64,000 nucleotides of DNA from an uncultured bacterium (GCA_964472075.1 CAYYIY010000014.1:16196-80195), one strand, 5' to 3'; shown: positions 28,837 to 39,212, counted from the first letter of the stretch. Numbers and translations: made by a program. The notes: a model not told the origin generated them from the letters alone.

Positions 28837-31800
28837 ATGGCGTATGTTTCAGAGTTCTTTTCGGGCGTGCTGAACCTGATGTTCACGCTGCTCAACAGTT
28901 TTGTCACCTGGTTGAGCTTCAGTTCCGAAATTGAAAACATGGTTGATGCGGTCAACCATAAGATCGATGAGCCGCCGACTCGCATCGGCCATCGCATGAG
29001 CTCTCACCCGGGCGGTTTTGTGAAAATTGTCGGCAAGCGGCGACTCAACATGGCCGGGGCGTATATCAAGATTTCGAATGATCACGCCCCGCAGGATGCC
29101 GCGGAACGTCTGGCTGCCCTGAAAATGCTGGCCGAAGAGGCTTTGCATGCCAAGACGATCAGTATGCCGCTGAACACGGCCCGCGTGCAGATCGCTCTCA
29201 TGAAGAAGGTCGTCAAGTCGCAAGGGAACAAACGACGACAGATGGAGGCCATGTCGGATTTCGGATTGGCTTCGTACGGCAACGAGTCAACCATCCGTGA
29301 CTTTCTCAAGCGGAATAGTTTGATCGAGGTTCCTGAGCTTGATGCGCCGCTGAAGTCGATCGACATGGGCTGGGACGATCACGTTCACGATTTTCTTTCA
29401 GAGGGTCGCAAGACCCCGACGCAGGTGATTCTCGACGCCTTCGTGAAAGGCATTTCACGGCTTACGTTGGTGCATTCGACGATCGATCAGCCACAGTTGA
29501 TTCATGAGGCGATCAGCGCGGGAAACATTCTCGGCATCGACGTACAGATCGGTATCGAATTCAGCGTCGGTAGAAGCAACAATCGCCGGCATTACATGTT
29601 CATTCCGCCGCGGGTGGAAAACAGTCAGGAGTTTTTCCGATTTTTCTACGATCATAACGAACAATTGGAACCGTTTCTGCGAGGCCTGCGTGCCAATTCA
29701 GAAAAGCGCCAGAAGACCATGCTGCTGGCCATGGAGCGTTTCAACACGACCATGCTGCCGAAGATCAATGCGGGTTATCAGCCGCACATGCCGGGCTGGG
29801 TACAACCTCTGGCCTGGAAAGATCTTGATGCCTACATTGTGTGCGGGCAGGTGAATCGGGTGCATCTGGCGGCGTTGCTGTATAACTCGATGCTGCGGGG
29901 GTATCATGCCCGCGTGCTCGAACTGAAGACTCAGGTTCTGGCCGCGGAGGAACGATTTCGACTCGGGTTATACAGCGAGTGGGAGATGAAGAACGTCTCG
30001 AGTCAGTATCACAATGTACGCCGGATTTACGAGAATATGTCGCCGGAAGGACTGATGGCGCAGTATCTTGATAATCGTGACGTGCTTGATTATGACAGCG
30101 AGTTTGTCGATGAGGCCCCTCTGCTCGATATTCTGTATGAATTGGGCGGTTCCATTCTCTGGATTCACCCCCTGGAACTAGGGTTGAAGGAAGCGGTGAC
30201 TCATCTGGTGCAGAACTGTCACCGACTGACTCATATCGAAACGCTCAATCTGCGCGACAGTGTGCAGCGGAACCCAGAGACGATCAATCTCTTCAGCAGA
30301 TTCGTTCATCTGTTCAATAATCAGCCGCTGAGCGAGATCAGACATTATCTTGATCAGAACGATATTCAAACCTTGACGATAGAAGAGGTTGAGAGGCAGA
30401 GGCGAGGCATGGGAGAACGGCGTCTGGTGCCTGTATGCGGCAGCGATTCGACCGGCCGCGATGTCGCCATTCCCGGCATGGGGTTCATTCAGTCCTCGCG
30501 CATTCCGGAAGCCGTGAGAAGTTCATTTCGTGAGCATCATTTCCGACTGGCGCGTCCGGTGGCTCAGTTGATTCTGAGTAAGGGAGCTGATCCAAAAGGC
30601 ATGCAGGGAGCACCCGAGGATCAGGACATCATCTGCATGGGGAAAATCGGGCGACCGATGCATAACAGCGTTGGAGACGAACCGCCGGAACATCATTTCA
30701 ATGTCTTTCGCTTCTGGCACTATCTGAATTCGACCATCAAGAACTCTGTTCGCATCGCTATCGGCTTTTCGGCGGCTTTGTACTGGATGAATTATCAGTA
30801 TGCTCTGGCGGCCGGCCTCTTTTTCGCGTGTCTCTGGTTCTTCATCACCGGATTCCGCAATTTCCTGGTCGATATGATTGCCTCGTCGGGCACGGATTTT
30901 CGTTCATGGGCCCTGAAGAACGTGAACTTCGACAACCTCGCACAATCACTCTACTGGACAGGCTTCAGCGTGCCGTTGCTCGGACTGGTGAAGATGCAGT
31001 ATGACGAACTCTGGCCTCTGGAAAAAACCGGCATGCTGTTTGAGACGGTGAAGTTCTTCTTCATCTGTTTCGCCAACGGGACCTACATCGTTTTTCACAA
31101 TCGGTTGCGGAACTTCGATCGAAAGGTGATGAAGGCGAACTTCTTCCGGACGATGATTGCGTTTCCTTTTGCCACGGTGTTTTCGCCGATCGGCAACGCT
31201 ATGGGAATTCCATCAATCGTCCAGGCCAAGTTCTGGTCAGACTTCGTCGCCGGGCTTATTGAGGGAAGTGGGAAGTTCCGACAGCGTTTTGTGCTGCGCC
31301 AACGGGATCTCAAGGAACTTCTGCCGCGACTCTACTCGATGGATCGCGATGCCCGTCTGACGGCCATGCTCGACATCTTGTACATCTGGGCGCGACAACC
31401 TCGCGGCAAGACATGCCTGGCTCACCTGTTGTTGCAAAGCCGCTCGTGGTGGGTGAAGGTAAAAGAATGGTGGTATGGCCGCGAGACGCCGGAAGAGGTG
31501 AAGAAAATTCAGGGGCAGTACTACCAGTATTACGAACGGATCTGTGAGCTGTATATCGATACCGGTTGTTTGCTGAACATGACGCAGTTCATTCTGAATC
31601 GATTTTCCGGCCGAGATGCCGTCTTGTTGACGAAGCTGGTCGGCGAGGAATTGGAAACTTTCCGCACCTGGCTGCGTGCCCTGCGATCTCATTACGACGA
31701 GAAAAAGCCCGAGTATGTGGACGTCAAAGAATATCTCCCACCGGCTTTGCAGAAAGAAGACACCTTCGTGATGCCTCAGAGCATCGATGAGCTGAAGCAG

Positions 31801-31854
31801 ATGAAGGAGCCTGCGACCTCTGACTCCCACAAGCCGGAGTCGAAAGCTTCGTAA
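28837..31854 (+). CDS. Large PHP-domain-like protein fused to a multi-pass membrane domain
   Basis: DDHVHDFLSEGRKTP, GIEFS, WIHP and GSDSTG resemble PHP motifs; several TM helices after about residue 640; RBS AGGAG before ATG 28837. Confidence 0.65.
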   Translation: MAYVSEFFSGVLNLMFTLLNSFVTWLSFSSEIENMVDAVNHKIDEPPTRIGHRMSSHPGGFVKIVGKRRLNMAGAYIKISNDHAPQDAAERLAALKMLAEEALHAKTISMPLNTARVQIALMKKVVKSQGNKRRQMEAMSDFGLASYGNESTIRDFLKRNSLIEVPELDAPLKSIDMGWDDHVHDFLSEGRKTPTQVILDAFVKGISRLTLVHSTIDQPQLIHEAISAGNILGIDVQIGIEFSVGRSNNRRHYMFIPPRVENSQEFFRFFYDHNEQLEPFLRGLRANSEKRQKTMLLAMERFNTTMLPKINAGYQPHMPGWVQPLAWKDLDAYIVCGQVNRVHLAALLYNSMLRGYHARVLELKTQVLAAEERFRLGLYSEWEMKNVSSQYHNVRRIYENMSPEGLMAQYLDNRDVLDYDSEFVDEAPLLDILYELGGSILWIHPLELGLKEAVTHLVQNCHRLTHIETLNLRDSVQRNPETINLFSRFVHLFNNQPLSEIRHYLDQNDIQTLTIEEVERQRRGMGERRLVPVCGSDSTGRDVAIPGMGFIQSSRIPEAVRSSFREHHFRLARPVAQLILSKGADPKGMQGAPEDQDIICMGKIGRPMHNSVGDEPPEHHFNVFRFWHYLNSTIKNSVRIAIGFSAALYWMNYQYALAAGLFFACLWFFITGFRNFLVDMIASSGTDFRSWALKNVNFDNLAQSLYWTGFSVPLLGLVKMQYDELWPLEKTGMLFETVKFFFICFANGTYIVFHNRLRNFDRKVMKANFFRTMIAFPFATVFSPIGNAMGIPSIVQAKFWSDFVAGLIEGSGKFRQRFVLRQRDLKELLPRLYSMDRDARLTAMLDILYIWARQPRGKTCLAHLLLQSRSWWVKVKEWWYGRETPEEVKKIQGQYYQYYERICELYIDTGCLLNMTQFILNRFSGRDAVLLTKLVGEELETFRTWLRALRSHYDEKKPEYVDVKEYLPPALQKEDTFVMPQSIDELKQMKEPATSDSHKPESKAS

Positions 31855-32029
31855 GTTGTGCCGCAAGGCGACCGTGCTTAAAACGGCGAATCGTTGAGTG
31901 ATGTCGGAACACAGAGTTGCAAGAGAATGAAGCAAGCCTGGGGTCCCGATGAGCCGGATGTTTTTCGGCAGCCGGTGGTGGTATACTGTGTCTGTCGTTC
32001 TATTTCCGTCCCGGAGGTCACTCTCACCG

Positions 32030-33379
32030 ATGGCTCGACTCTTTGGAACCGACGGCGTTCGTTCCGTCGCCAATACCTTTCCGCTTACCGGCGATCACGC
32101 CTTTCGTCTCGCCCAGGCCGGCACCCGCCATCTGCTGCTGAATCACAAAAAACACGATCGCCCGATCTTCATTGGAAAAGATTCGCGCCGTTCGGGGGAC
32201 ATGCTCGAACACGCGGTTGCCGCCGGTGTGGCTTCGATGGGTGCCGAAGTGCGCCTGCTCGGGGTCGTGCCGACGCCCGCCGTTGCTTACATTACCCGTG
32301 AGCATCAAGGTCTCGGTGGCATTGTCATCAGCGCTTCGCACAACCCGTTTCAGGATAACGGCATCAAGATCTTCGGGGCTGATGGTTTCAAGATTCCTGA
32401 TGCGGTCGAAGAAGCCATTGAAGCCGATCTGGCGGCGAACCAGACGGGAAAGCTGCCCCAGGGAGCCGGTATCGGCCGCATCACCAACGACGCGACCTCC
32501 GTGCAGTTCTGGCTGAAGAATCTGTCGCGCGTGTTGGCCGATCAGTCTTCGCCGCGGCGCATCAAGGTTGCTATCGACTGCGCCAACGGGGCTTTGGCGC
32601 CGTGGGCTCCGAAGTTTTTTGCCGATCATGGGTTCAGCGTCGATGCGATCGGGGTTGCTCCGGACGGCGTGAACATCAATCACGAGTGCGGTTCGACGCA
32701 TATCGGGGCCTTGCAGAAGGTCATGTCACGCGAGAAATTCGATGTCGGGTTTGCGTTCGACGGCGATGCCGATCGCGTGATCGCCATCACGTCTGACGGC
32801 GATGTCATTGATGGAGACTACATTCTGGCGATCATGGCCCGGTACTTGAAACAGCTCGGACGCCTGACCAACAATTTCCTGGTGACGACGGTGATGAGCA
32901 ATCTCGGCCTCGATCTGGCCATGAAGAAGCTCGACATCAAGCTGCTGAAAACGAAGGTGGGCGATCGGTTTGTGCTCGAGGAAATGCAGCGCTCGCAGGC
33001 GATCGTCGGCGGCGAACAGTCCGGTCACGTGATTTTGTACGAGTATTCAACCACGGGAGACGGCTTGCTGACCGCGTGTTTCCTGCTTCGTATCATTCGC
33101 GATACGGGGATGTCGCTCAAGGAACTCAGTCAGGTCATGGAAAAGTTCCCGCAGGTATTGGTGAACATTCGCGTGAAGAACAAGAACTATGACAGTGTTC
33201 CGGAGATCACGAATCATATTCGCCTGCACGAAGAGAAGTTGTCGGGGCGTGGGCGCATTCTGGTGCGGCCCTCCGGCACCGAAAATCTGGTGCGCGTCAT
33301 GGCGGAAGGACCGGATGAGCGAGAGATTCGCCACATCGTCGATGACCTGGCGAAGGTGATCTCGGCTCATCTCTGCTGA
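32030..33379 (+). CDS. glmM: Phosphoglucosamine mutase
   Basis: LFGTDGVR, ISASHNP (phospho-Ser), FDGDADR, GGEQSGH, VRPSGTE. Confidence 0.97.
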   Translation: MARLFGTDGVRSVANTFPLTGDHAFRLAQAGTRHLLLNHKKHDRPIFIGKDSRRSGDMLEHAVAAGVASMGAEVRLLGVVPTPAVAYITREHQGLGGIVISASHNPFQDNGIKIFGADGFKIPDAVEEAIEADLAANQTGKLPQGAGIGRITNDATSVQFWLKNLSRVLADQSSPRRIKVAIDCANGALAPWAPKFFADHGFSVDAIGVAPDGVNINHECGSTHIGALQKVMSREKFDVGFAFDGDADRVIAITSDGDVIDGDYILAIMARYLKQLGRLTNNFLVTTVMSNLGLDLAMKKLDIKLLKTKVGDRFVLEEMQRSQAIVGGEQSGHVILYEYSTTGDGLLTACFLLRIIRDTGMSLKELSQVMEKFPQVLVNIRVKNKNYDSVPEITNHIRLHEEKLSGRGRILVRPSGTENLVRVMAEGPDEREIRHIVDDLAKVISAHLC

Positions 33380-33387
33380 CGATACGC

Positions 33388-34014
33388 ATGATGATTCCCT
33401 GCCGAATGCCGCTTGCCGTCGGAGAACGGCGTATTCTACCGGCACTGCTGGTATGCGTTCTGGTGCTGTTTTGTACGGGTTGCGGCAAGAAAAAAACGCC
33501 GACGGATGAGCGACAGGGCGGGGTTGAACCATATCGCATTTCGACCGGTCGCAATCAGGGCGCACCGGCGGTGCCGGCGGTCAATCTGTCCGGCAATGTC
33601 GCCTTTCCGTGGCTGCAGGCGGGGCGCAACATCGACGGCAAAGAGTTGACGGCCGATCAGCGCAAGACCGCGAAAGCTCCCTCTGAAGCTTTCAATCAGA
33701 AGTATGCTATCGGGTTGCAGTATTTTGAATCAGGTGATCTCGGCAAGGCCATGGATATCTTTGAAGACATCGTGAAGTCTTACCCGGGTTCTGATGAGGC
33801 TTCGATGGCGGAATATCGCATTGCCCAGATTCATTTTCGCAATCGAGCCAACAATCGAGCCCTCGAAACCTACAAAAAGATTGTCAGCGATTATCCCCTG
33901 TCTCCGGTCGCGGAGAACGCTCGGGCTGCCATCACCTATCTGGAAACGTTTGAAACGCATGAGAAAGCCTACATCTCTCCCGACGCCGACGATCAGCGTC
34001 GGCGCAATCGATAG
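33388..34014 (+). CDS. TPR lipoprotein (BamD/YbgF-like)
   Basis: Lipobox-like LFCTGC; TPR helices (KAMDIFEDIVKSYPGS; ALETYKKIVSDYPLS). Start position uncertain. Confidence 0.75.
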   Translation: MMIPCRMPLAVGERRILPALLVCVLVLFCTGCGKKKTPTDERQGGVEPYRISTGRNQGAPAVPAVNLSGNVAFPWLQAGRNIDGKELTADQRKTAKAPSEAFNQKYAIGLQYFESGDLGKAMDIFEDIVKSYPGSDEASMAEYRIAQIHFRNRANNRALETYKKIVSDYPLSPVAENARAAITYLETFETHEKAYISPDADDQRRRNR

Positions 34015-34023
34015 GAGTACGAC

Positions 34024-34500
34024 GTGCGCTCGATCAAACGGCGATCAGCCTTCACTCTGATCGAAATCATGATTACCGTCATCATCATCGGGGCCGGGGT
34101 CATTCCCGTGCTCAGCCTCTTTCTTTCGGGTTCGCGTACCGTCGAGAAGGGGGGCGCGATTCTGGAAGTGACGATTGCCGCCCAGAATATTCTTGATTCC
34201 GCCCGCAGTGATGCCTTCCTCTGGGATCACATTCCACTGAAGATCAGCATCCCAGATGATAAGTTCCCGCAGTTCACTCTGCCGGAGTTCTTTTCGAAGA
34301 AGTATCAGGCCTCGGGGACGCTGGAGATCGAAGTTGCGCCGAATCATACCGTTCTCGGCACGGCCGAGTCTGAAGAAAACCTCATTCAGATCGCGGTCAC
34401 CATCAACTGGATTGAAAACCAGATGCCGCGTACCAGTCGATTGGCCACGTATCGGGCGAACACCAACTGTTTTGATCTGAAGACCTCGACTCGTTTTTAA
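34024..34500 (+). CDS. Prepilin-type minor pilin/pseudopilin (PilV/GspI-like)
   Basis: RRSA|FTLIEIMITVIIIG class III signal peptide with Glu5. Confidence 0.85.
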   Translation: MRSIKRRSAFTLIEIMITVIIIGAGVIPVLSLFLSGSRTVEKGGAILEVTIAAQNILDSARSDAFLWDHIPLKISIPDDKFPQFTLPEFFSKKYQASGTLEIEVAPNHTVLGTAESEENLIQIAVTINWIENQMPRTSRLATYRANTNCFDLKTSTRF

Positions 34501-34501
34501 C

Positions 34502-35152
34502 ATGATGATAATCCCATCTTGCGCGAGAGTACGAGTGAAAAAAGCATTCACGCTTGTTGAAATGAGCGTCACCATGCTGGTCGTATCCATCATTGGTCTG
34601 ATTCTATTGTCGGTGTTTCGCAGTAATGTCGCCGCCTGGAAGTGGGGCTCGAAGCACATGGAGTTTCAACAGAAGATTCAGTTGGCCATGAAGCAGGTGT
34701 TCACCGACATCAAGCGCATCAATCCGGTCGTCTATGCCGACGAAGCAGGGAACTACTGGTTCAAGGGCGAAAAGACCGGCGATCTGGTACCCAACCTGGT
34801 CGATATCATCGATGTCGACAAAGAGCCGCAGAACGGCGGCGAAGAGCTGATGATGTGGCACACCTCCTATGTCACGCCGGGCGAGAAGAACGGGGTGAGA
34901 TTGTTTCTGGAAGAAGGCGCGTTGATGCGCGAGCAGATTCTCCCCAACGAGAGTCGGCGCAAGTCGGTCGTGGCGAATCGCGTGTCCGACCTTCATTTTT
35001 TCAAGAATCCAGAGGATCCGCTCGAAATCAAGGTCGGCATGATCATTACCGATGATCGCAACCCGGACCTGAAGGAAAAACTGGCCTTTGCCGTGCATCT
35101 TGACACCGATCTCGTCTATGTGCGCATGGCCGGGGCGGAGGCCGAGCCATGA
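34502..35152 (+). CDS. Prepilin-type minor pilin/pseudopilin (PilW/GspJ-like)
   Basis: VKKA|FTLVEMSVTMLVV class III signal peptide. Confidence 0.85.
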   Translation: MMIIPSCARVRVKKAFTLVEMSVTMLVVSIIGLILLSVFRSNVAAWKWGSKHMEFQQKIQLAMKQVFTDIKRINPVVYADEAGNYWFKGEKTGDLVPNLVDIIDVDKEPQNGGEELMMWHTSYVTPGEKNGVRLFLEEGALMREQILPNESRRKSVVANRVSDLHFFKNPEDPLEIKVGMIITDDRNPDLKEKLAFAVHLDTDLVYVRMAGAEAEP

Positions 35153-35655
35153 TGACGATTGTGAATCGCCGTCGTCACGGCTTTATTGCCGTCGTTGCCT
35201 TTATTCTGCTGGTCATTCTCGGAATTCTCGGTATCTCGTACTGGTCGATATCGCGTCTGAGTACCGATCAGATTTTAAAAGAGGCTCATCGAATCAAGGC
35301 GCGCAGTATTGCGCAGGCCGGCGTTGAAAAGGTGCTGGTTCACATCATGAATCAGTACCGGTTGAAAAATTACGATCTTGAGTATCCAGGCTCGAAGAAG
35401 TACGTGGAGGATCGACAGGAAAAGGAATTCAAACGTGAAGTCGGTGACGGCTACTATCAGGTCGAAGCGATCGAAGCGTTTGAGCCGCCGTCGACGAATG
35501 CGGCGTTGCGCAACCGAGTCTATGCCAAGAATCGTGTGCCGATCGGCGTCTATGACGTCTGGCGAGTGGTCGTGGTCGGCATCATGCCGACCACCAACGT
35601 GCGGGCTCGAGTCGAGACGCTCGTGAAAGTGATTCGGCAGACGGTTCAGTACTAG
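35149..35655 (+). CDS. PilX/GspK-like minor pilin
   Basis: RRRHG|FIAVVAFILL with no Glu5, then RIKARSIAQAGVE, a PilX N-terminal pattern. Confidence 0.75.
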   Translation: MMTIVNRRRHGFIAVVAFILLVILGILGISYWSISRLSTDQILKEAHRIKARSIAQAGVEKVLVHIMNQYRLKNYDLEYPGSKKYVEDRQEKEFKREVGDGYYQVEAIEAFEPPSTNAALRNRVYAKNRVPIGVYDVWRVVVVGIMPTTNVRARVETLVKVIRQTVQY

Positions 35656-35676
35656 ACGACGAAACGGAGGACAAGC

Positions 35677-36972
35677 ATGCGAGCATCCCTGTTGAGACTG
35701 ACGGCGTCGGCGCTGATCGGTCTGCTCTTCCAGACAAGCTTGCTGACGGCCCAGACGACACCCGGGGCGACATCATTCTCGGCCAAGGTGACGGGAGATA
35801 TCTACGGCCAGGTTAAAGTCATCGATGACGTCGACGGAGATGGAAAGAAAGACCTGGTTTTCGGTGCGACCGACGGCATGGTTCACCTGTTCTCGGCCAA
35901 GGGCAGTGAGATCTATGCCGGGCTGTGGCCGAAACATACCGGGGGCCCGATTCTCGCCGATGTTGCCGTCGCCGATCTGGATGCGGACGGCCAGAAAGAG
36001 GTCATTGTCGGTTCGTACGACGGCAACGTGTACGGACTCAACTCGTGGGGCAAAGAACTGTGGAAGGTGAACACGCGCGGGACGATTCAGTTGTCGGCCC
36101 CTGAGGTCGCGGATGTTGACGGCGATGGAAAACTCTCTGTTTTCGTCGGCTCTCGCGCCGGGACGGTTTCCCGCATCGACTCGCAGGGGCGACTGACCTG
36201 GGAAGTGCCGATGACCACGAAGGTGTCGGCGAAGGTGGTGGCCTCTGATCTCGATGGTGACGGGGTCAAGGAAGTTGTCTGCAAGGACGATTCCGGAAAA
36301 GTGACGGTCCTGACCAAGACGGGGTCTGTGTATCGCGGCTGGCCGCAACAGACGGCCGCCAACCTGGACTGGCCCTTTGAAGTCACGGCCGCGGATCTCA
36401 ATGGCGATGGCCGCCGCGAGGTGATTACCACGACACCCGACAAGAAGTTGAATGTGTGGTCGACCAACGGAACGCTGCTGAAACAGGTCAAGCTGTCCGA
36501 TGGCGCGCATTCGGCGCCGCGGGTCGCGGACATGGACGGTGACGGCAAGGCGGAGTTCATCTTTACGCAGGCTGACGGAAAAGTTCAGGTGATGAAGCAG
36601 GATGGAACCAATCTGCGCGGGTGGCCCTACGATACGAAGCATTCGATCTACGGCGCACCACAGATTCTGGATATTGACGGTGACGGGCGACTCGATGTCG
36701 TGTTTACGGCCTGGAATCCGGAAGGAGTTGGCAAGCAGGCCGGGTACATCATGGCACTGACGCGAGACGGAAAAACGATTTCCGGATACCCGAAGTTCAT
36801 CGGGAAGACGATTGCCCCGCTGACGTTTGCCGACCTCGATGACGACGGCTTTCTCGAAATGATTGCCGCCGGCGGGATCAATTATACCGACAATCAGCTG
36901 CATGTCATTCCAACCCAGGCACGGGTCCAGATCCGTATGGCCGTCCTCGGCACGGAAGTGAATTTCGAGTAG
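35677..36972 (+). CDS. Secreted FG-GAP/VCBS repeat beta-propeller protein
   Basis: Signal peptide; eight DxDGDG-type Ca-binding loops (DVDGDGKKD, DLDADGQKE, DVDGDGKLS, DLDGDGVKE, DLNGDGRRE, DMDGDGKAE, DIDGDGRLD, DLDDDGFLE). Confidence 0.9.
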   Translation: MRASLLRLTASALIGLLFQTSLLTAQTTPGATSFSAKVTGDIYGQVKVIDDVDGDGKKDLVFGATDGMVHLFSAKGSEIYAGLWPKHTGGPILADVAVADLDADGQKEVIVGSYDGNVYGLNSWGKELWKVNTRGTIQLSAPEVADVDGDGKLSVFVGSRAGTVSRIDSQGRLTWEVPMTTKVSAKVVASDLDGDGVKEVVCKDDSGKVTVLTKTGSVYRGWPQQTAANLDWPFEVTAADLNGDGRREVITTTPDKKLNVWSTNGTLLKQVKLSDGAHSAPRVADMDGDGKAEFIFTQADGKVQVMKQDGTNLRGWPYDTKHSIYGAPQILDIDGDGRLDVVFTAWNPEGVGKQAGYIMALTRDGKTISGYPKFIGKTIAPLTFADLDDDGFLEMIAAGGINYTDNQLHVIPTQARVQIRMAVLGTEVNFE

Positions 36973-36985
36973 TCCTGATAATGCC

Positions 36986-38308
36986 ATGAAACAAGGGTTT
37001 GTTGCACCGCTGATTCGTACTCTTGTCATCTGTGTCATACTCGGTTCGGCCGTTGCCGTATTGGCGCAAACGTCTGAAGACATCAATGAGTTTCTGACTG
37101 CCGGCAAGGCGTGCTATCAGAAGCGCGACCTGGTCGGAGCGCAGACCGAATTCGAGAATGTCCTGCTTCTCGACCCGAGAAATCTTGATGCCATGGTTTG
37201 TCTGGTGCGGGTCTATGCTGATCGCAAAGACCTGCGCAAAGCGCAGGAAATGCTGGCGCGGGCCAGACAGGTGAATCCTGACCATTCCGTCGTCAAGGAG
37301 CTGACCAAGCTTCTGGGCAGCGATCGCGGGTATGTGAAAGACAAAGAAGGCGATCTGGTGACGTATGAGGCCCTGACGCTTCTCGGCTCTGGAACCCGGC
37401 AGCGCCCTTACGGTCTGGTCGTGCCCGAGACCCGCGTCAAGACCGCGGCGAAAGAACCACTCGACACCGACATCGACAAGCCCGTCACTCTGGAGGCCGC
37501 GACGACGTCGCCTGAACTCACGGCGTTCACCAAGGATGAAGGACCGTTGACCGAAGTGTTCGATCTCTGGGTCTCGCATGGGTTGCCGGCGGCGCTTGAA
37601 AAATACTTCGAACTGATTCTCGATGATCGCTCGATCGGCGCACAAGACGATCGCAAGCTGCTCGAAGAGGGGCTGACCTATTTCACGCCGCGACTGGAGG
37701 CAAATCAGGATGATCCGGAGGCTAGGTTCTATCTTGGCATGATTGCCTATTTGAACGGCATGCGCGATCGAACCCTCGAACTGTTTGAGCCTTTGAGGGC
37801 GAACGCCGGGTCGCATGAAAAGCTCGTGAAGAAGGTTCTCAAGGAGCTGGACGAATGGAAAGCGGAAGAAGAGCGGCGACTGGCTGAAATCAAGCGACAA
37901 AAAGAGGCGGAAGAAGCGGCGAAACAGGCACAATTGCTGGCGCAGCAGATGGCAGCAAGCAATGCCGGCGCCACCAGCGCGGCGGCCTCCGGCACAGCCG
38001 GGGCCGGTGTCGGCAGTTCGGAAATGCTCGATAACGACGGCTATGATTTGTACAAGCGTGGCCAGATCGAGGCTGCGGTTGAGAAATTCACGGCAGCAAT
38101 CAAGGAAAACGCCAACGAGCCGAAGTTCCATTATCACCTGGGGCTGGCACTTACCGACAAGGGGCTGGGCGGCCAGGTGGATGCCTTCGACCGAGCCATC
38201 GAGGCGTTCAATCAGGTGCTGCGTCTGGCGCCGGGTTCGAAGCTCGCTCAGGATTCAGAAACCATGATTCGCGACATTGTGGCGGCCAAGAACACCCTGA
38301 AGAAGTGA
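36986..38308 (+). CDS. Secreted TPR-repeat protein
   Basis: Signal peptide; TPR clusters at the N-terminus, middle and C-terminus with a coiled-coil linker. Confidence 0.85.
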   Translation: MKQGFVAPLIRTLVICVILGSAVAVLAQTSEDINEFLTAGKACYQKRDLVGAQTEFENVLLLDPRNLDAMVCLVRVYADRKDLRKAQEMLARARQVNPDHSVVKELTKLLGSDRGYVKDKEGDLVTYEALTLLGSGTRQRPYGLVVPETRVKTAAKEPLDTDIDKPVTLEAATTSPELTAFTKDEGPLTEVFDLWVSHGLPAALEKYFELILDDRSIGAQDDRKLLEEGLTYFTPRLEANQDDPEARFYLGMIAYLNGMRDRTLELFEPLRANAGSHEKLVKKVLKELDEWKAEEERRLAEIKRQKEAEEAAKQAQLLAQQMAASNAGATSAAASGTAGAGVGSSEMLDNDGYDLYKRGQIEAAVEKFTAAIKENANEPKFHYHLGLALTDKGLGGQVDAFDRAIEAFNQVLRLAPGSKLAQDSETMIRDIVAAKNTLKK

Positions 38309-38402
38309 CTGCGGGACGGTTCGGTTTTCCGTTGGTATGCCCGCGGGTTTGTGATATACTCACACCGATTTCAAGGGGGTCGATTTTCCGGTCACCCCAA
38401 GT

Positions 38403-39176
38403 GTGGCAAACAGCAGGAACAATGCAACCATGACAGATGTGAAATCATCACTCGATCTCTCGCCCACGGCAGAGCGCGCGCCGAGCGAAACGCCCAATGA
38501 CGCCGCGGTTGAGCTGCCTTCGACCAAGCCGTTTGAAGGCTGGTTTTTCCTGCGCAAGGAATGGATTGATCAGGAAGAGGGCATTGAGAAGGTCACTCTG
38601 AACTACACCATCGGCCCGGCGAATCTTCCGGCCGACTGGTCGCACACGCACACCTACGAAATGATGCCGGAGTGGGGGACGAATCCGCTGCATCGCACCT
38701 GGATCATCAGGTTGCCGACCCATCTGGAAGAGAAAGACCGCTATCTGTTCCACTATTACTTTCAAGTGCATTTTCACAACGGCAGCGAGCGGGTCAGTCA
38801 CACCTTTACGCAGCTGATCATGCCGCATGCCTTCGAGTTTCTCGATCACGCCGGCGATTTCCTGTATGTGCGGTTGCACTGGAGCGTCGGTCCCTGGAGT
38901 TACCCGCAGGACACCGAGATGGAGGTTGAGGGCATCGATTGGGGCAGCGAGTTTTCGGTCAGCAACGTGCCCTATCGCGGCACCGATCGTCTGTTCCATA
39001 ACGGGCGCGTTCTGGTGATGAAGCGCCTGACACCGCCCCGGCGATTTCGCGGTTTCATCTGGGCCCCCAAAGGTTCGGAGATCCGCTATTGTTTCCAGAT
39101 GGCCCGGTACAAGGGCGACGGTTTCGAGATCGTCTGGGACAACAACTTCGGTCGCGACTATAGTTTGAATATCTGA
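38403..39176 (+). CDS. Cytoplasmic hypothetical protein with starch-binding-module-like (CBM21/CBM53-type) C-terminus
   Basis: Ends WDNNFGRDYSL, resembling the WDNNxGxNY motif; aromatic-rich beta-sandwich-like sequence. Start may be ATG 38430. Confidence 0.5.
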   Translation: MANSRNNATMTDVKSSLDLSPTAERAPSETPNDAAVELPSTKPFEGWFFLRKEWIDQEEGIEKVTLNYTIGPANLPADWSHTHTYEMMPEWGTNPLHRTWIIRLPTHLEEKDRYLFHYYFQVHFHNGSERVSHTFTQLIMPHAFEFLDHAGDFLYVRLHWSVGPWSYPQDTEMEVEGIDWGSEFSVSNVPYRGTDRLFHNGRVLVMKRLTPPRRFRGFIWAPKGSEIRYCFQMARYKGDGFEIVWDNNFGRDYSLNI

Positions 39177-39212
39177 CGTTTGTACAAACCACCGGCGAGG
39201 AGATAACGTATC

